DNA of 64,000 nt, taken from NCBI GenBank assembly GCA_951406725.2, contig OX597843.1:186001-250000 (forward strand), read 5' to 3'. This document shows positions 12,040 to 26,261 of this stretch, one piece after another. The stretch's first letter is position 1; every line of letters starts with the position of its first letter. The notes beneath the pieces were generated by a model. The model worked only from the letters and a program-made list of their open reading frames with translations. It made no database searches and had not been told where the DNA came from. This stretch comes from Octopus vulgaris (Eukaryota). Both the position numbers and the translations under genes were made by a program.

Positions 12040-12603
12040 GTTTGTTCCTTCTCGAGCCATGCCTGGCTCAAAAGGGCCGGCCTCCCGGTTTCTTGGCTTA
12101 AAGGTTCCCCACCTGGACGGGACGCCGGTCCGTCGCAGGTGAGCTGCAAGATGCAGGAGGAAAGAGTGAGAGAAAGTTGTGGCGAAAGAGTCAGCAGAAG
12201 TGTTGCCATTACCTTCTGCCGGAGTCGCATATCGCCCAGTCTGAGATTCGAACCCGCGAATCCGCTGCTCTAACCACTAGGCCATGTGCCTCCACAAAAA
12301 TAAATGTTCCTTCTTGAGCCATGCCAGGCTCATAAGGGCCGGCCTCCCGGTTTCTTGGTGTATAGGTTCCCCACCTGGATGGGACGTCAGTCCGTCACAG
12401 GTGAGCTGCAACATTCAGAAGGAAAGAGTGAGAGAAAGTTGTGGCGAAAGAGTCAGCAGAAGTTTCACCATTACCTTCTGCTGGAGCCGCGTGGAGCTTA
12501 GGTGTTTTCACTCATAAACACACACACCATCCGGTCTGAGATTCAAACCCGCGATCCCTCGACCGCGAGTCCACTGCTCTAACTACTAGGCCATGTGCCT
12601 CCA
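12040..12603 (-). mobile_element. Two tandem tRNA(Arg)-like SINEs with an alternative 3' half
   Basis: Same head as 11560 (reverse complement of ggcacatggcctagtggttagagcagcggac), but a different tail containing gaaaccgggaggccggccc...gagccaggcatggctc. Confidence 0.75.
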
Positions 12604-12959
12604 CATACTATACTAATGCTTATTTATGATTACAGGTAAGTTCACCACCATCAATTCATTGTCAAGAAAGTTCATTTTGAGGGAAGTTTACCAAGAAAAT
12701 ATATCCATATTAGTTAAAATCTTGTTGAGATCCCCTTCGGTCATGACTGACCGTGGGATTGCACGCCATGATAGATCGTTAGCCACTACACACATTTTTT
12801 TCTCTCCTTGTTTCTCTCCTTGTTTTTTCTGTGTCCCTTTCTGTAGAAGAGCGTAGGATCGAAACGTAAAAGACTTTTTCTATTCCTGAGCATTATACTA
12901 ATACATCTGTTTGTTTTGTACACCATCTGTCTCCGTCTTTTGTTTTTCGTAAACTCTCC

Positions 12960-12992
<33 letters not shown>

Positions 12993-13103
12993 GCCACTAC
13001 ACACATTTTTTTCTCTCCTTGTTTCTTTTCTGTATCCCTTTCTGTAGAAGAGCGTAGGCACGAAACGTAAAAGACTTTTTCTATTCCTGAGCATTATACT
13101 AAT

Positions 13104-13538
13104 TAGATGATGATGTTAATAAAAATTATTAAGATGATGATGTCAATGATGATGATGATAGTGATGATAATGTTGATGATGTTAATGATGATAGTAAAGA
13201 TGATGATAATGATGATGATGGTAATGGTGACATCGATGATAAAGACAGTGATTGATAGTGGTAGTGATGACGATGATGATGATGATGATGATGGTGAAAG
13301 CTTAAAGGACGATGACGTTGCCGAAGAGGAAGAGGTAGAGAGGAAGAAGTGAAGAAAAAGAAGAAGAGGAGGCCAAGAGGAGGAGGTTACTGGTGGCAGG
13401 CTGGGGTGTGGGGTGGGGGACAAACAACACTGGAAGAGATAACATGTAGTGAGTGGGTGTGTGTGTGTGGGAGGGTATGACATATGGGGAAATCGTTAAA
13501 CCTTGGGAACCACCCTCACTGCAAACTCCCCCACCACT

Positions 13539-13569
<31 letters not shown>

Positions 13570-14105
13570 CGAACACCATTGCTACAGTCATCACAACATC
13601 ACTGCCATCACCACCACCACCACTAGCACCAACACCACCACCACCACCACCACTAACATCGCCACCACAAATCACCACCACCACTATCACCACTACAAAT
13701 ACCACAACCACCACTATCACCTACACCACCACCTTCACTATTACCACCTTAATCACCATCACCACCACCACCACCACTACTACCATCATCACCATCATCA
13801 TCACCAGCACCACCATCACCATCACCACCAGCACCACCATCATCTCCACCATCACCACTATCACCATCACCACCACCATCATCACCACCACCACCATCAT
13901 TACCATCATCACCAGCACCACCATCACCATCACCAGCACCACCATCACCATCATCACCACCATCAACACTACCACCATCATCACCACCACCATCACCACT
14001 ACCACCATCACACCACCATCATCACCATCACCACTATCACCACCATCACCACCACTACCACCACCACCACTATCACCACCACCACCACCACCACCACCGC
14101 CACCC
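13104..14105. repeat. Compound (GAT)n and (CAC/CAT)n low-complexity tract
   Basis: Direct inspection; explains the poly-His/Thr/Met ORFs. Confidence 0.9.
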
Positions 14106-14442
14106 ATCTATTGCCGCCATCTGTAGAATATGGCGGCATTCTTTTACAAAAGCAATCCCTTCTGTATTCAGGAGAGGCGGAGGGGGGGGCAGGAGGGAAG
14201 GAAGGGGGGTGCCATAGACAAACCCCGACTCACAGAAGCGACTCTGTCCAGGCGAGATTTACAACTCTGTATTTTACGCCGAAATAACAAAATAGAACAA
14301 AAAAAAGAAGAAAGAAAAAAGAAAGAAAGAAGGAAGGGAAACAGTTTAACATCATCCAACAAAGCTCATACGAAGGCATGTACATGTATATATATGTGTG
14401 TGTGTGTGTGTATATATGTGTGTGTGTGTATATGTATATATA

Positions 14443-14473
<31 letters not shown>

Positions 14474-15070
14474 GTGTATGTGTGTTTGTGTATATATATA
14501 TATATGTGTATGTGTGTTTGTGTATATATATATGTGTGTGTGTTTGTGTATATATATATGTGTATGTGTGTTTGTGTATATATGTGTGTGTATGTGTGTT
14601 TGTGTATATATATGTGTATGTGTGTTTGTGTATATATATAAGTGTGTGTGTGTATATATATATGTTTATGTGTGTTTGTGTATATATATATGTGTATGTG
14701 TGTTTGTGTATATATATATATATGTGTGTGTGTGTATATATATATATATATACTTAGATATTTCTCTGTATGTGTATATGAATATGTATACACACACACA
14801 CACATACACATATATTTATATGTATACACATGTATGCCTATGTATGCATATGTATATATATATGTGTATATATATATATATATGTGTACGTATATATATA
14901 AATGTATGTATATGTGTATGCATGTATATATATATGTATGTATGTATGTATATTGTGTGTGTGTATATATATATGTATGTATGCGTTTATATATAAAGAT
15001 CTTTCATAAATAAGATAAGCTTCTGCAGGCTTCCGTCTCCAATATAACATGCTTATAAAAAAAATTGGTT

Positions 15071-15109
<39 letters not shown>

Positions 15110-15136
15110 ATATGTATGTGTTTGTACACACACACT

Positions 15137-15173
<37 letters not shown>

Positions 15174-15306
15174 ATATGTATGTATATATGTATGTGTTTG
15201 TACACACACACTTATATATATATATATCTGTGTGCCTGTGTATGTACATATATATGTGTGTGTGTGAACATATATACCTATATATATATATAAATATATA
15301 TATATG

Positions 15307-15380
<74 letters not shown>

Positions 15381-15388
15381 TATGTATG

Positions 15389-15429
<41 letters not shown>

Positions 15430-15749
15430 GTATATATATATATATATAGGCTTGAGCGTATGCATCAGATGAAACTGCAGTTTCTCAATTTAGAAAAGAA
15501 AACAGTGTTTTGACAACTTCAACGAGTGTCAGAGAGAAAATGAAGGAGAACTTAAGGAAGGTGAGGAGGGAGAAGAGGCGGTGGAGCAACAACAAACACA
15601 CACACACTCACACACGCGTGCGTGCGTGCGTTCTGGCACACATGTATGAAAGCCGACAGCAACAACAACCACAACAATAAGTACTACAGCATAAAGATCT
15701 TCTTACTGTAAGACATAAAAAATATGAAACTACTCCACATGTACGTTTT

Positions 15750-16140
15750 ATATCTTTTACTTGTTTCAGTCATTTGATTGCGGCCATGCTGGAGCACCGC
15801 CTTTATTCGAGCAAATTGGCCCCGGAACTTAGTCATTGTAAGCCCAGTACTTATTCTATCGGTCTCTTTTTGCCGAACTGCTAAGTGACGGGGACATAAA
15901 CACACCAGCATCGGTTGTCAAGCAATGCTAGGGGGACAAACACAGACACGCATATATATATATATATACATATATACGACGGGCTTCTTTCAGTTTCCGT
16001 CTACCAAATCCACTCACAAGGCATTGGTCGGCCCGGGGCTATAGCAGAAGACACTTGCCCAAGATGCCACGCAGTGGGACTGAACCCGGAACCATGTGGT
16101 TGGGTAGCAAGCTACTTACCACGCAGCCACTCCTGCACCT
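15750..16140 (-). mobile_element. Abundant tRNA-derived SINE, family A (head + internal (TA/TG)n + tail). About 20 copies, e.g. 16436-16735, 20965-21375, 27410-28140, 37550-38150, 38970-39495, 45757-46530, 47518-48465, 50549-50950, 57010-57640, 58305-59222, 61843-62413, 63107-63255
   Basis: Consensus ggcgcaggagtggctgtgtggtaag (A box)...gggttcagtccc (B box)...accttgggcaagtg...ggaaactgaaagaagcccgtcg-(TA)n-...ccagcatggccgcagtcaaatgactgaaacaagtaaaagag. Confidence 0.88.
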
Positions 16141-16738
16141 CCTGTCTAAGTCATCATCATTGTCGTCGTCGTCGTTGTCATCAGCTTTCCATGCTGGCAT
16201 GGGTTGGACGGTTTGACATAGAGCTGGCTCGCAGAGAGCTGTCCTGATTCCAGCTATCTGTTGTGGCATGGCTTCTACAATTCGATGCCCTTGCTAATGC
16301 CAACCCCTTAACAGAATGTGCTGGGTGCCCTTTACATGTCACCAACATGGGCATGACAATGACACGGGTGCCAACACCTGAAAGGCCACACCTGTATGTG
16401 TGGAAGAGAACGATTTTACTTAGCCTGATATTCCTTGTGAGTGGATTTGGTAGACGGAAACTGAAAGAAGCCCATCGTATATATGTATATATATATATAT
16501 ATGTGTATGTGTGTGTGTGTGTGTTTGTGTGTCTGTGTTTGTACCCCCCTAGCATTGCTTGACAACCGATGCTGGTGTGTTTACGTCCCCGTCACTTAGC
16601 GGTTTGGCAAAAAGAGACCGATAGAATAAGTACTGGGCTTACAAAAAAGAATAAGTCCCGGGGTCGAGTTGCTCGACTAAAAAAGGCGGTGCTCCAGCAT
16701 GGCCGCAGTCAAATGACTGAAACAAGTAAAAGAGTATA

Positions 16739-16773
<35 letters not shown>

Positions 16774-17189
16774 TATACACACACTATACACACACACACT
16801 ATATATAGTACATACAAATAGATAAATAAATATGTGTTTGTGTGTATTTTTATACGTTGGGTCAGCGCATAATTAACCACTGTCTTTTCATTTATTAATA
16901 GTAATTAATTAAATTATGAAACGTTCATTAATTATGCACCAACCCAATGTGTGTATGTATGTGTATGTGTGTGTGTTTGTGTGTTTATATCCTTTTATTC
17001 TTTTACTTGTTTCAATCAGTTGACTACAGCCATGCTGGTGCATTGCTCTAAAGGGACTTTTTAGTCGAAGACTTACTCTTTGTAAACCTAGTACTTATTA
17101 TATCAGTCTCTTTTGCTAAACTGCTAAGTTACAGGAACATCAGTTATCAAGTGATGGTGGGGGACAAACAAAGATACACACCCACACAT

Positions 17190-17254
<65 letters not shown>

Positions 17255-17463
17255 AAGACACACACACACACAAAATGGAACAAGAACATAAAACATTCAG
17301 ACAGTTAGGTGATACAAAAAAGGGATGACAAAACATCCAGATAGACGATACAAAGAAAACAAGGATGGGTCATTCGAAGTTTTCTTTCCTCAGTCAAGTT
17401 CCAGATTATCTTCGCAGTTTTGGCTGATTGATAGATAGATAGGTAGGTAGGTAGATAGATAGG

Positions 17464-17521
<58 letters not shown>

Positions 17522-17739
17522 TAGGTAGATAGAGAGAGAGAGAGATAGGTAGATAGATAGATAGATAGATAAGTAGATAGATAAATAGGTAGGTAGGTAG
17601 GTAGGTAGGTAGGTAGGTAGGTAGATAGATAGATAGAGAAAGAGATAGACAGATAGATAAGTAGATAGATAGATAGATAGATAGAGAAAGAGATAGACAG
17701 ATTGATAGAGATAGATAGATAGATAGATAGATAGATAAG

Positions 17740-17770
<31 letters not shown>

Positions 17771-18217
17771 ATAGACAGAGATAGTTGGATGGATGGATAG
17801 ATAGATAGACACTGATAGATAGATAGATAGATATACATACATACACTTATATATATATGTACATGTATGTATGTGTGTATGTGTGAATATAGTGGTCATG
17901 CTGTAAGGTGTGTGGTTCGACTTGCATTGTTGTCGATATTGAGGTTACAAGGAAGATGAGCCTCTCAAATTTGTATGCATATGTATATATGTGTATGCAT
18001 GTGTGTGTGTGTACATGTTATCCCCCCCCCACACACACAGCAACACTAAGCTGGGGGAAGCTGGGAGAATCCCCTCTTAGTCTTAATATAGACATTGCTA
18101 TTTGCTGGCAGCTTGACATATGGAATGGTGCGCAACACCAGACACTGTGAGGGGAATATAGACGCCCGTGTATGTATGTGTGTGTGCATGTGTGAGTGTA
18201 TGTGTGGCTACTACATG

Positions 18218-18253
<36 letters not shown>

Positions 18254-19404
18254 TATATGCATAGATATGTATATGTGTATATCATACACATACATATACA
18301 TACATATATATATATATATATATATGATGATGATGATGATATATATATGTATATATATGGACATCTATATGTAAGTATATATTGATATATGTATATTAGC
18401 ATGGATGTATACTTGGATGTATATATATATATACACACATCCATGTATACATCCATATACATACATATATACATAAACATACATACACACACACACATAT
18501 ATATATAGACATTCATGTAAGCATCCATGCATATATACATATATATGTATATACATACAACAATATATACTTACACATGTACATCCATATATGTGTGTGT
18601 GTGTGTGTGTGTGTAATCTACGGATACATATATGTTAATCTATCCATCCATCTAATTATGCATACATTTGTTATTTTCCTATCTATACCCCCATCTAGAT
18701 CTTTATAATATCCATTTATCTTACTATCTCTCTATCTATCTTTTAATCTACCATTCTAACAGTCCATCTCTCTACCTACGTATCTGTCTACCCATCTCTC
18801 AATCTTGAGCAAGAACGAAATCAGCAACAGAGAGTAAGACATCCTACACCTTAAGTGAAGCGTCAGTTTTTTATGTCAATCTGACACACAAAGATGCCTG
18901 CAATGTCTGGCTGAAAAATAACTGCATGTTGTTATGCATCCTGATGCTAAAGGAAAAAAAATACAAAAGCTTTGTCAGAATTAGTCAATAAAAAAATCAT
19001 CTGGAATTTTTCATTCTTCTCATACATATATTTTCTATTCTATTTTATTTTCTTTTAAAGATTTTTTTCACTGTTACGATATAATCAGCTTAATTCCGTC
19101 AGAATATGCCTAAATGCAGATGTATGATTGTAATACCTTTGTTTGAAGTTTACGGTGGTTATGCCAATGTAACTTTTTTATTCTCCATACTTCCTTCACA
19201 TGCTGACGTGCATATTCAATATGTACAAACATACGCATACACATAGTCGGTGCGATACTTGGTCTGACCAGTTTATAAAAAGTATCTGAGAAATTCAGGT
19301 AGCATAAAAATGGCTCAACATAACAGTAACCTTGGTTAGTTTTCTGGGCACACCTATTTTAACTGCCCAGGTTGACCTGGGCAGATGGCAATATTAACAG
19401 TAGG

Positions 19405-19639
19405 AGGCGGCAATCTGGCAGAAACGTTAGCACGCCGGGCGAAATGCGTAGCCATATTTCGTCTGCCGTTACGTTCTGAGTTCAAATTCCGCCGAGGTCG
19501 ACTTTGCCTTTCATCCTTTCGGGGTCGATAAATTAAGTACCAGTTACGCACTGGGGTCGATGTAATCGACTTAATCCGTTTGTTTGTCCTTGTTTGTCCC
19601 CTCTGTGTTTAGCCCCTTGTGGGTAGTAAAGAAATATAT
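19405..19639 (+). mobile_element. tRNA-derived SINE with Meta/MESC-like central domain, full length with 14-bp TSD; older minus copies at about 1010-1190, 32495-32672, 50095-50299, 62470-62582
   Basis: A/B boxes and a gcctttcatcctttcggggtcgataaattaagtacc core. TSD atattaacagtagg at 19391-19404 and 19640-19653. Confidence 0.85.
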
Positions 19640-20596
19640 ATATTAACAGTAGGGCTGTAGACTTGCTATCCTTGAATTCCTGATCCATCGTAGGGAACAG
19701 AGTATAGGTGGATCAGGGATTGGTGGTTAACAAGGAGGAAAGAATGAGATCTGTGATGAGGAGGTGTGAGTTGGGGATAAAAAGATGGTTGGAAATGAGA
19801 TGTATGCTAGGGGATTCAACTGACCTCAACCAACCCTGGTTCTTAACTGCTCTGTGTTAATGATATTGTTTGATCTCAGTGTTTGATACAAAAACATATA
19901 TAAACATAGATAATGAAGCACTCTGTTGGTTGCGATGATGAGGGTCCCATCTGATCAATCAACGGAACAGCTTGCTCGTGAAATTAACGTGCAAGTGGCT
20001 GAGCACTCCACAGACATGTATATCCTTAACGTAGTTCTGAGGGAGATTCAGCATGACACAGAGTGTGACAAGGCTGACCCTTTGAAAATACAGGTACAAC
20101 AGAAATAGGAAAAAAGAGTGAGAGAAAGTTGTGGTGAAAGAGTACAGCAGGGTTCACCCCCCCCCCCTGCCGGACCCTCGTGGAGCTTTAGGTCTGGGAA
20201 TTGAAACCACAATCCTGGAGTCGGTTTGCTCGACTAAAGGCGGTGCTCCAGCATTTATTAATGTGCAAGTGGCTGAGCACTCCACAGACATGTGTACCCT
20301 TAACGTAGTTCTCAGGGAGATTCAGCATGACACAGAGTGTGACAAGGCTGGCCCTTTGAAATACAGGTACTACTCATTTTTGCCAGCTGAGTGGACTGGA
20401 GCAACAGGAAATAGAGTGTCTTGCTCAAGGACACAATGTGCTGCCGTGAATTGAACTCACAACCTTACGATCATGAGCCGGATGACCTAAACCTAAGCCA
20501 CGCGTTTACATACACACATGTAAACATACATAGGAACGCGTTCACACATTCACACGCACACACATTCACACAAACACACACACACACATCTTTTGT

Positions 20597-20635
<39 letters not shown>

Positions 20636-21744
20636 CTCTGATCAAAGTCTTGTGAGTGGATTTTGTACGTGGAAACTGAAAAAAAAGTCTCTCATATATA
20701 CGTGTATATTTGTGTGTGTCCGTGTGTCCTCACCATTGCTTGACAACCGATGTCGCTGTGTTTACACTCCCATAACTTAGCTGTTCGGTAAAGGACACCG
20801 ATAGAATAAGTACTTGGCTTACAAAGAATAAATCCTGTGGTCGATTTGTTTGACCATCGGCCATGCTCCAGCATGACTACAGTCACACCACTGAAATGAG
20901 TAAAACAATAAAAATAACTATGCCATTTTAATCCCAAGCAAGGCCAGGTATCTCTGCTAGTATACTCTTTACTCTTTTACTAGTTTCAGTCATTTGACTG
21001 CGGCCATGCTGGAGCACCGCCTTTAGTCGAGCAACTCGACCCCCGGGACTTATTCTTTGTAAGCCTAGTACTTATTCTATCGGTCTCTTTTGCCGAACTG
21101 CTAAGTGACGGGGACGTAAACACACCAGCATCGGTTGTCAAGCAATGCTAGGGGGACAAACACAGACACACAAACACACACACGCATATATATATATATA
21201 TACATATATATGACGGGCTTCTTTTCAGTTTCCGTCTACCAAATCCACTCACAAGGCTTTGGTTGGCCTGAGGCTATAGTAGAAGACACTTGCCCAAGAT
21301 GCCACGCAGTGGGACTGAACCCAGATCCATGTGGTTGGTAAACAATCTACATACCACACAGCCACTCCTGCGCCTATATATATATATTTTTTTTTCATAG
21401 TGGTCAGACCATATGGGGTCTACATTTAGCATATTAGGAGTCCACCTAGTGGTCACTCCTCTCATATGTGTGTAATACAATTTTCTGAATCTTCAGATTT
21501 TTTCCAATATGCTAGGCCTCTGGTTTAAATTGATATTCATCTAATTAATATCAATTTTTACCCTTATTATTTAAATTGTTTTCTCTCCTTGTTTTTTTTT
21601 CTGTGTATCTTTCTGTCGAAGAGCGTAGGCTCGAAACGTAAAAGACTTGTTTTATTTATATTCCTGAGTGCCATACTAATACATTGTTTGTTTGTACTCC
21701 ACCTGCCTTCGTCTTTTTGTTTATTTTCGTAAACTTTCCCGTTA

Positions 21745-21790
<46 letters not shown>

Positions 21791-22041
21791 TACATATATA
21801 TAGTCTGGGTAGAATAGAAAGATAGGGTATTCCCAATCCAGTACTCAAACCAAGGTTTGCGCTATCAACAATGTTTAGAATCCAGGTTAATACCTTGTGT
21901 ATATATATGTGTGTGTGTCTGTATTTGATGAGAGGAGCCTTTAATGGATTAGTATAGATTGTGACCAGCGTTGTGTAGTAGCAACATTTGATAGCCTGGT
22001 CGGTCACGGTGATAAATATATATATTATATATATGCATACA

Positions 22042-22310
22042 TGATGGCCGTCCACTCGTGACCGAGGAAGACCATTGCCGACCTTCAGGAACATTGTGCG
22101 CTCTAGGACTAACTGACATTTTGCATTTGCGGCTCCGTTGGTGGCTAATGAGCCCTGCTCTTGACAAGAATACACGACTGCAAACATTGCAGACCAAGCT
22201 TTCCCCATTCACTATACGAGCCGTGCGCTTTCACGCAGCTCGCTTAAGTTCTTCATGCTGGATACGTGCTCCCTCAAAAGTGTCGATCCCCTCCTTAACC
22301 TGCTTCCTCC
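22042..22310 (-). mobile_element. RTE/BovB-type LINE extreme 3' end with C-terminal zinc finger
   Basis: GESLVCNVCSRVFLSRAGLISHQRS (CxxC...R.GL.SH), followed by a short 3' UTR. Confidence 0.7.
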
Positions 22311-22369
22311 ATCCAACCTTTTTTTTTATATATATCTATCTTATTTTTAGTATATATTTTCTTCATTTT

Positions 22370-22410
<41 letters not shown>

Positions 22411-22426
22411 TACATACATTTATACA

Positions 22427-22462
<36 letters not shown>

Positions 22463-22804
22463 CAAAATTAGAAAATGGAGAAACATACTTAAATCAATCA
22501 AACATCAACCTTCAGATGATACCCAATCAATACTTTATTACACCATTACATAACAGCAAAGGCATTATACAAAATATATTGTAAATATAATTAGACAAGG
22601 AAATAGAAATATAAAATATAAAATATAATATATAATTATATTTATATAATTATATAATATATGCATACATACATTTATACATATATGTGTATATATATAA
22701 CTTAGAATAACTTAGAAAGGTTTTGGCCAGTATTGGCCCAGGCCATGTCTAACTTAATAGCACCACCTGGTATATATATATATGTATATATGTATGTATA
22801 TATG

Positions 22805-22857
<53 letters not shown>

Positions 22858-22866
22858 GCACAAGCA

Positions 22867-23223
22867 CATGTCACTAAAGTGACTAAGGGCACCAGTCAGC
22901 ACCAGTATTGCTAGAAATGAGAGTGAAAATAACTCATAGCCACAGAAAGCATTTCTCATTATGACTAATCAGCGTGCAATTTCTATGGTAGTCTTATAAA
23001 CTGACCAGGTAAGTGAGTGAGTTTAGCCCTAGGCTGGGTAAGAGCCACTGACAAGCATTAATCAAATGCAAAATCGCTGGTGATCTGGTTACGCCCCAAA
23101 TGTTGGAAACTTGCCTCCCTTGTCATTCATTATGATAAGTGCTTTCTGTGGCTATGAGTTGTTTTGACTCCCATTTCTAGCAGTTCTGGTGCTGACTAGT
23201 GCCATCACCCACTTTAGTGATGT
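22867..23223. mobile_element. Foldback/MITE-like element with imperfect arms of about 95 bp
   Basis: tcactaaagtg...aactcatagccacagaaagca versus tgctttctgtggctatgagtt...cactttagtga. Confidence 0.65.
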
Positions 23224-23269
23224 CTATATTTCTGCCTTTCAGTTGGAAATTGTGAATAAGCCAAATTTA

Positions 23270-23314
<45 letters not shown>

Positions 23315-23596
23315 TGTATATATAAATATGTATATATAAATATGTATATATAAATATGTATATATAAATATGTATATATAAATATGTATATATAAATATG
23401 TATATATAAATATGTATATATAAATATGTATGTATAAATATGTATGTATAAATATGTATATATATATATATGTGTGTGTATATATATATATGTATATATG
23501 TGTATATATATATGTATATATATATATGTGTATATATATGTGTATATATATATATATATATATGTATTTATATGTATATATATATATGTGTATATA

Positions 23597-23627
<31 letters not shown>

Positions 23628-23794
23628 GTATTTATATGTATATATATATATGTATTTATATGTATATATATATATGTATATATATGTATATATATATATA
23701 TATATATATGTATTTATATGTATATATATATATGTATTTATATGTATATATATATATGTATATATACGTATATATATATGTATATATATATATT

Positions 23795-24957
23795 TTTTGG
23801 CATTTTCTTCTTGCTCTTGCTCTCACATGCCTTTCAGACATCAGATGATGGAGTGTTTCTGCACAGTAGAAGTGACGGGAAACTGTTCAATCTCTCGCGT
23901 CTGCGTGCCAAGACCAAAATCAGAAACGTCCTGATAAAAGATGCTATTTGTTGATGATGCCGCTCTGGTATCACACACAGAAGAAGCCCACCAAAGGCTC
24001 ATTAGCTGTTGTGAGCAAGCATGTAATGACTTTGGCTTAGCTATCAGCCTTAACCAACATCATGGGCCAGGCTACATCAGACATCCCAAACATACATATT
24101 GAAGACCACAGATTACAGGAGGTGGAGAAGTTTACCTATCTTGGCTCTACCGTCACCTACAACCTATCCCTTGATGCTGAGCTCAATATACGCATTGGCA
24201 AGGCAGCTGCTGCGATGGCCCAACTCTCCAAACGGGCATGGGACAACAATAAGCTGACCCAAGACCACGAAAGTGAAGATCTACCAGGCATGTGTACTTA
24301 GCACTCTACTGTATGGAAGTGAGACTTGGACGCTATACACACGCCAAGAGCGTCGCCTAAACATCTTTCACCTGCGCTGCCTCCGGAAAATCCTCCGCAT
24401 CATATGGCAGAATCATATCCCCAGCAAAGATGTCCTCAAGCAAGCAGGAATACCAAGCATGCTTGCACTCCTCACACAAAGACGTATGAGATGGCTTGGA
24501 CATGTTAGCCGTATGAAAGATGGCAGAATCCCCAAGGACATACTCTACCGAGAGCTTGCTAGGGGTACTAGGTCTGTGGGTAGACCGTTCTTACGATACA
24601 AGGATGTTTGCAAAAGGGACATGAAGGCCTGCAACATCAATATTAGCAATTGGGAAGCAGTTGCCAGTAACCGTGGAGATTGGCGACATACCGTAAAAGA
24701 GGGAATACAAAGGAGTGACAGAGAGAGAGAGAGGAGAAATGGATAGACAAGGAAGAGACGTCAACAAGAAACTATGACATTACAACCAGCCAGGAAGTCT
24801 TCGCTACATTTGCGGTACCTGCCAGAGGAAGTGTTTGTCCAGGATAGGACTACACAGCCACAGCAGGAAATGTATTAGGACATGAAATGTAAAAGCCGGA
24901 CTAGATTATTTTATGCACAACTCCATTGTCTCCCGAGACAAAAAGGATGCCAACAAT
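23795..24957 (+). pseudogene. 5'-truncated, frameshifted RTE (BovB-like) LINE: RT C-half, C-terminal domain, 3' UTR
   Basis: [77 protein letters not shown], spread across three frames. Confidence 0.9.
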
Positions 24958-25319
24958 ATGTATATATATATATATATTCAAATATTATCATATGTATATA
25001 AATGTAATTATGCGCATACATTTTCTATTTTCTATAGTTTGGCTCTGATTACACAGGCATGCCCACCATCATAGAAAACACACACAGACACACACACACA
25101 CTTTAGTTAATAATAGTACATGTATGTATGTATGCACCTGCTACTGTGTATGCGTATGTTTGAATGGAAGTAGTGTTCCTGAAGTACTTCCCATCCAGGC
25201 ACAAGCACCGGAAGTTATTTGTTATTAACCAACACCAAGTTCACCCACAGCTATGTGTGTGTGTATGTGTGTGTGTGTGTGTGTACTCATAAACACAGAA
25301 ACATAAAAATGCACATTCC

Positions 25320-25960
25320 TGGAAGGACCAACTCAGATGATAATATCGAAGTAGCCAGACGGAATGCAATGCCAGAACTAAGATGGTTTGCCCATTTAAT
25401 AGCAAATGCATGAACAATGCATTTTATCTATTTGCTGAAAATAGCTTTTCAAGTAGGTAGCTTGAAAAAGAAAGAGAAATTAATAAAATCCTACATTGGT
25501 ATGAGTGATGGCAGCTTCAAAAGTTGTTTTCATATAGAAACCTTCAGGAATGGGGAAAAATTATAGTACTGCCTCACTGTCCAGATTGATATGGGAATTG
25601 AAAAACTGATCTGTGAAGCGTTTCTATATTGCCAAGTCAGTCACTGAAAAGTATGTGGTGTAAGCCAATGGTAACTTTGCTTGACAGAAAAATTTCATAT
25701 CATAAAGCACTGAGATACATACCTTAAATACAATTATGTATGTACTTGCTGAAAATAGCTTTTCAAGTAGGTAACTTGAAAAAGAAAGAGAAATTAATAA
25801 AATCCTACATTGGTATGAGTGATGGCAGCTTCAAAAGTTGTTTTCAAAAGTTGTGGTGCAAGCCAATGGTAACTTTGCTTGACAGAAAAATTTCATATCA
25901 TAAAGCACTGAGATACCTTAAATAGAATTATGAAAATAATATCCAGTGGAAATAGATCAT
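25320..25960 (+). pseudogene. Decayed Penelope-like GIY-YIG endonuclease fragment with internal partial duplication
   Basis: ECNARTKMVCPFNSKC...KSYIGMSDGSFK...SLSRLIWELK...LTEKFHII resembles the PLE CNC...CP...C / YIG / LSKYIWELK / CLTEK pattern. 25435-25530 and 25655-25730 are repeated at 25746-25920. Confidence 0.65.
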
Positions 25961-26099
25961 GATTAATCTACGGATGTTATTATTGATGAACATGTGTAAT
26001 TTTATGCCACACATTCCTTTCAGATGCTTAACCAGGGGACCTAACCTAACCAACTAGTTAGAAAGAGACAGACAGATAAATAGATGGATAAATAGATGG

Positions 26100-26204
<105 letters not shown>

Positions 26205-26261
26205 TGATTGATTGATTGATTGGTTGAATGATTGATTGATTGATAGGTTGATAAAGGTATT

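Noticed and set aside
13103-14287. Poly-His/Thr/Pro/Met ORFs
   Set aside because: Trinucleotide low-complexity tract with no splice or domain support.
17279-17430. Hammerhead in a dispersed repeat (also 9828-9980, 40150-40280; a different family at 34261 and 52700)
   Set aside because: CTGA(A/G)GA is present, but GAAA and stems I/III could not be assembled convincingly.
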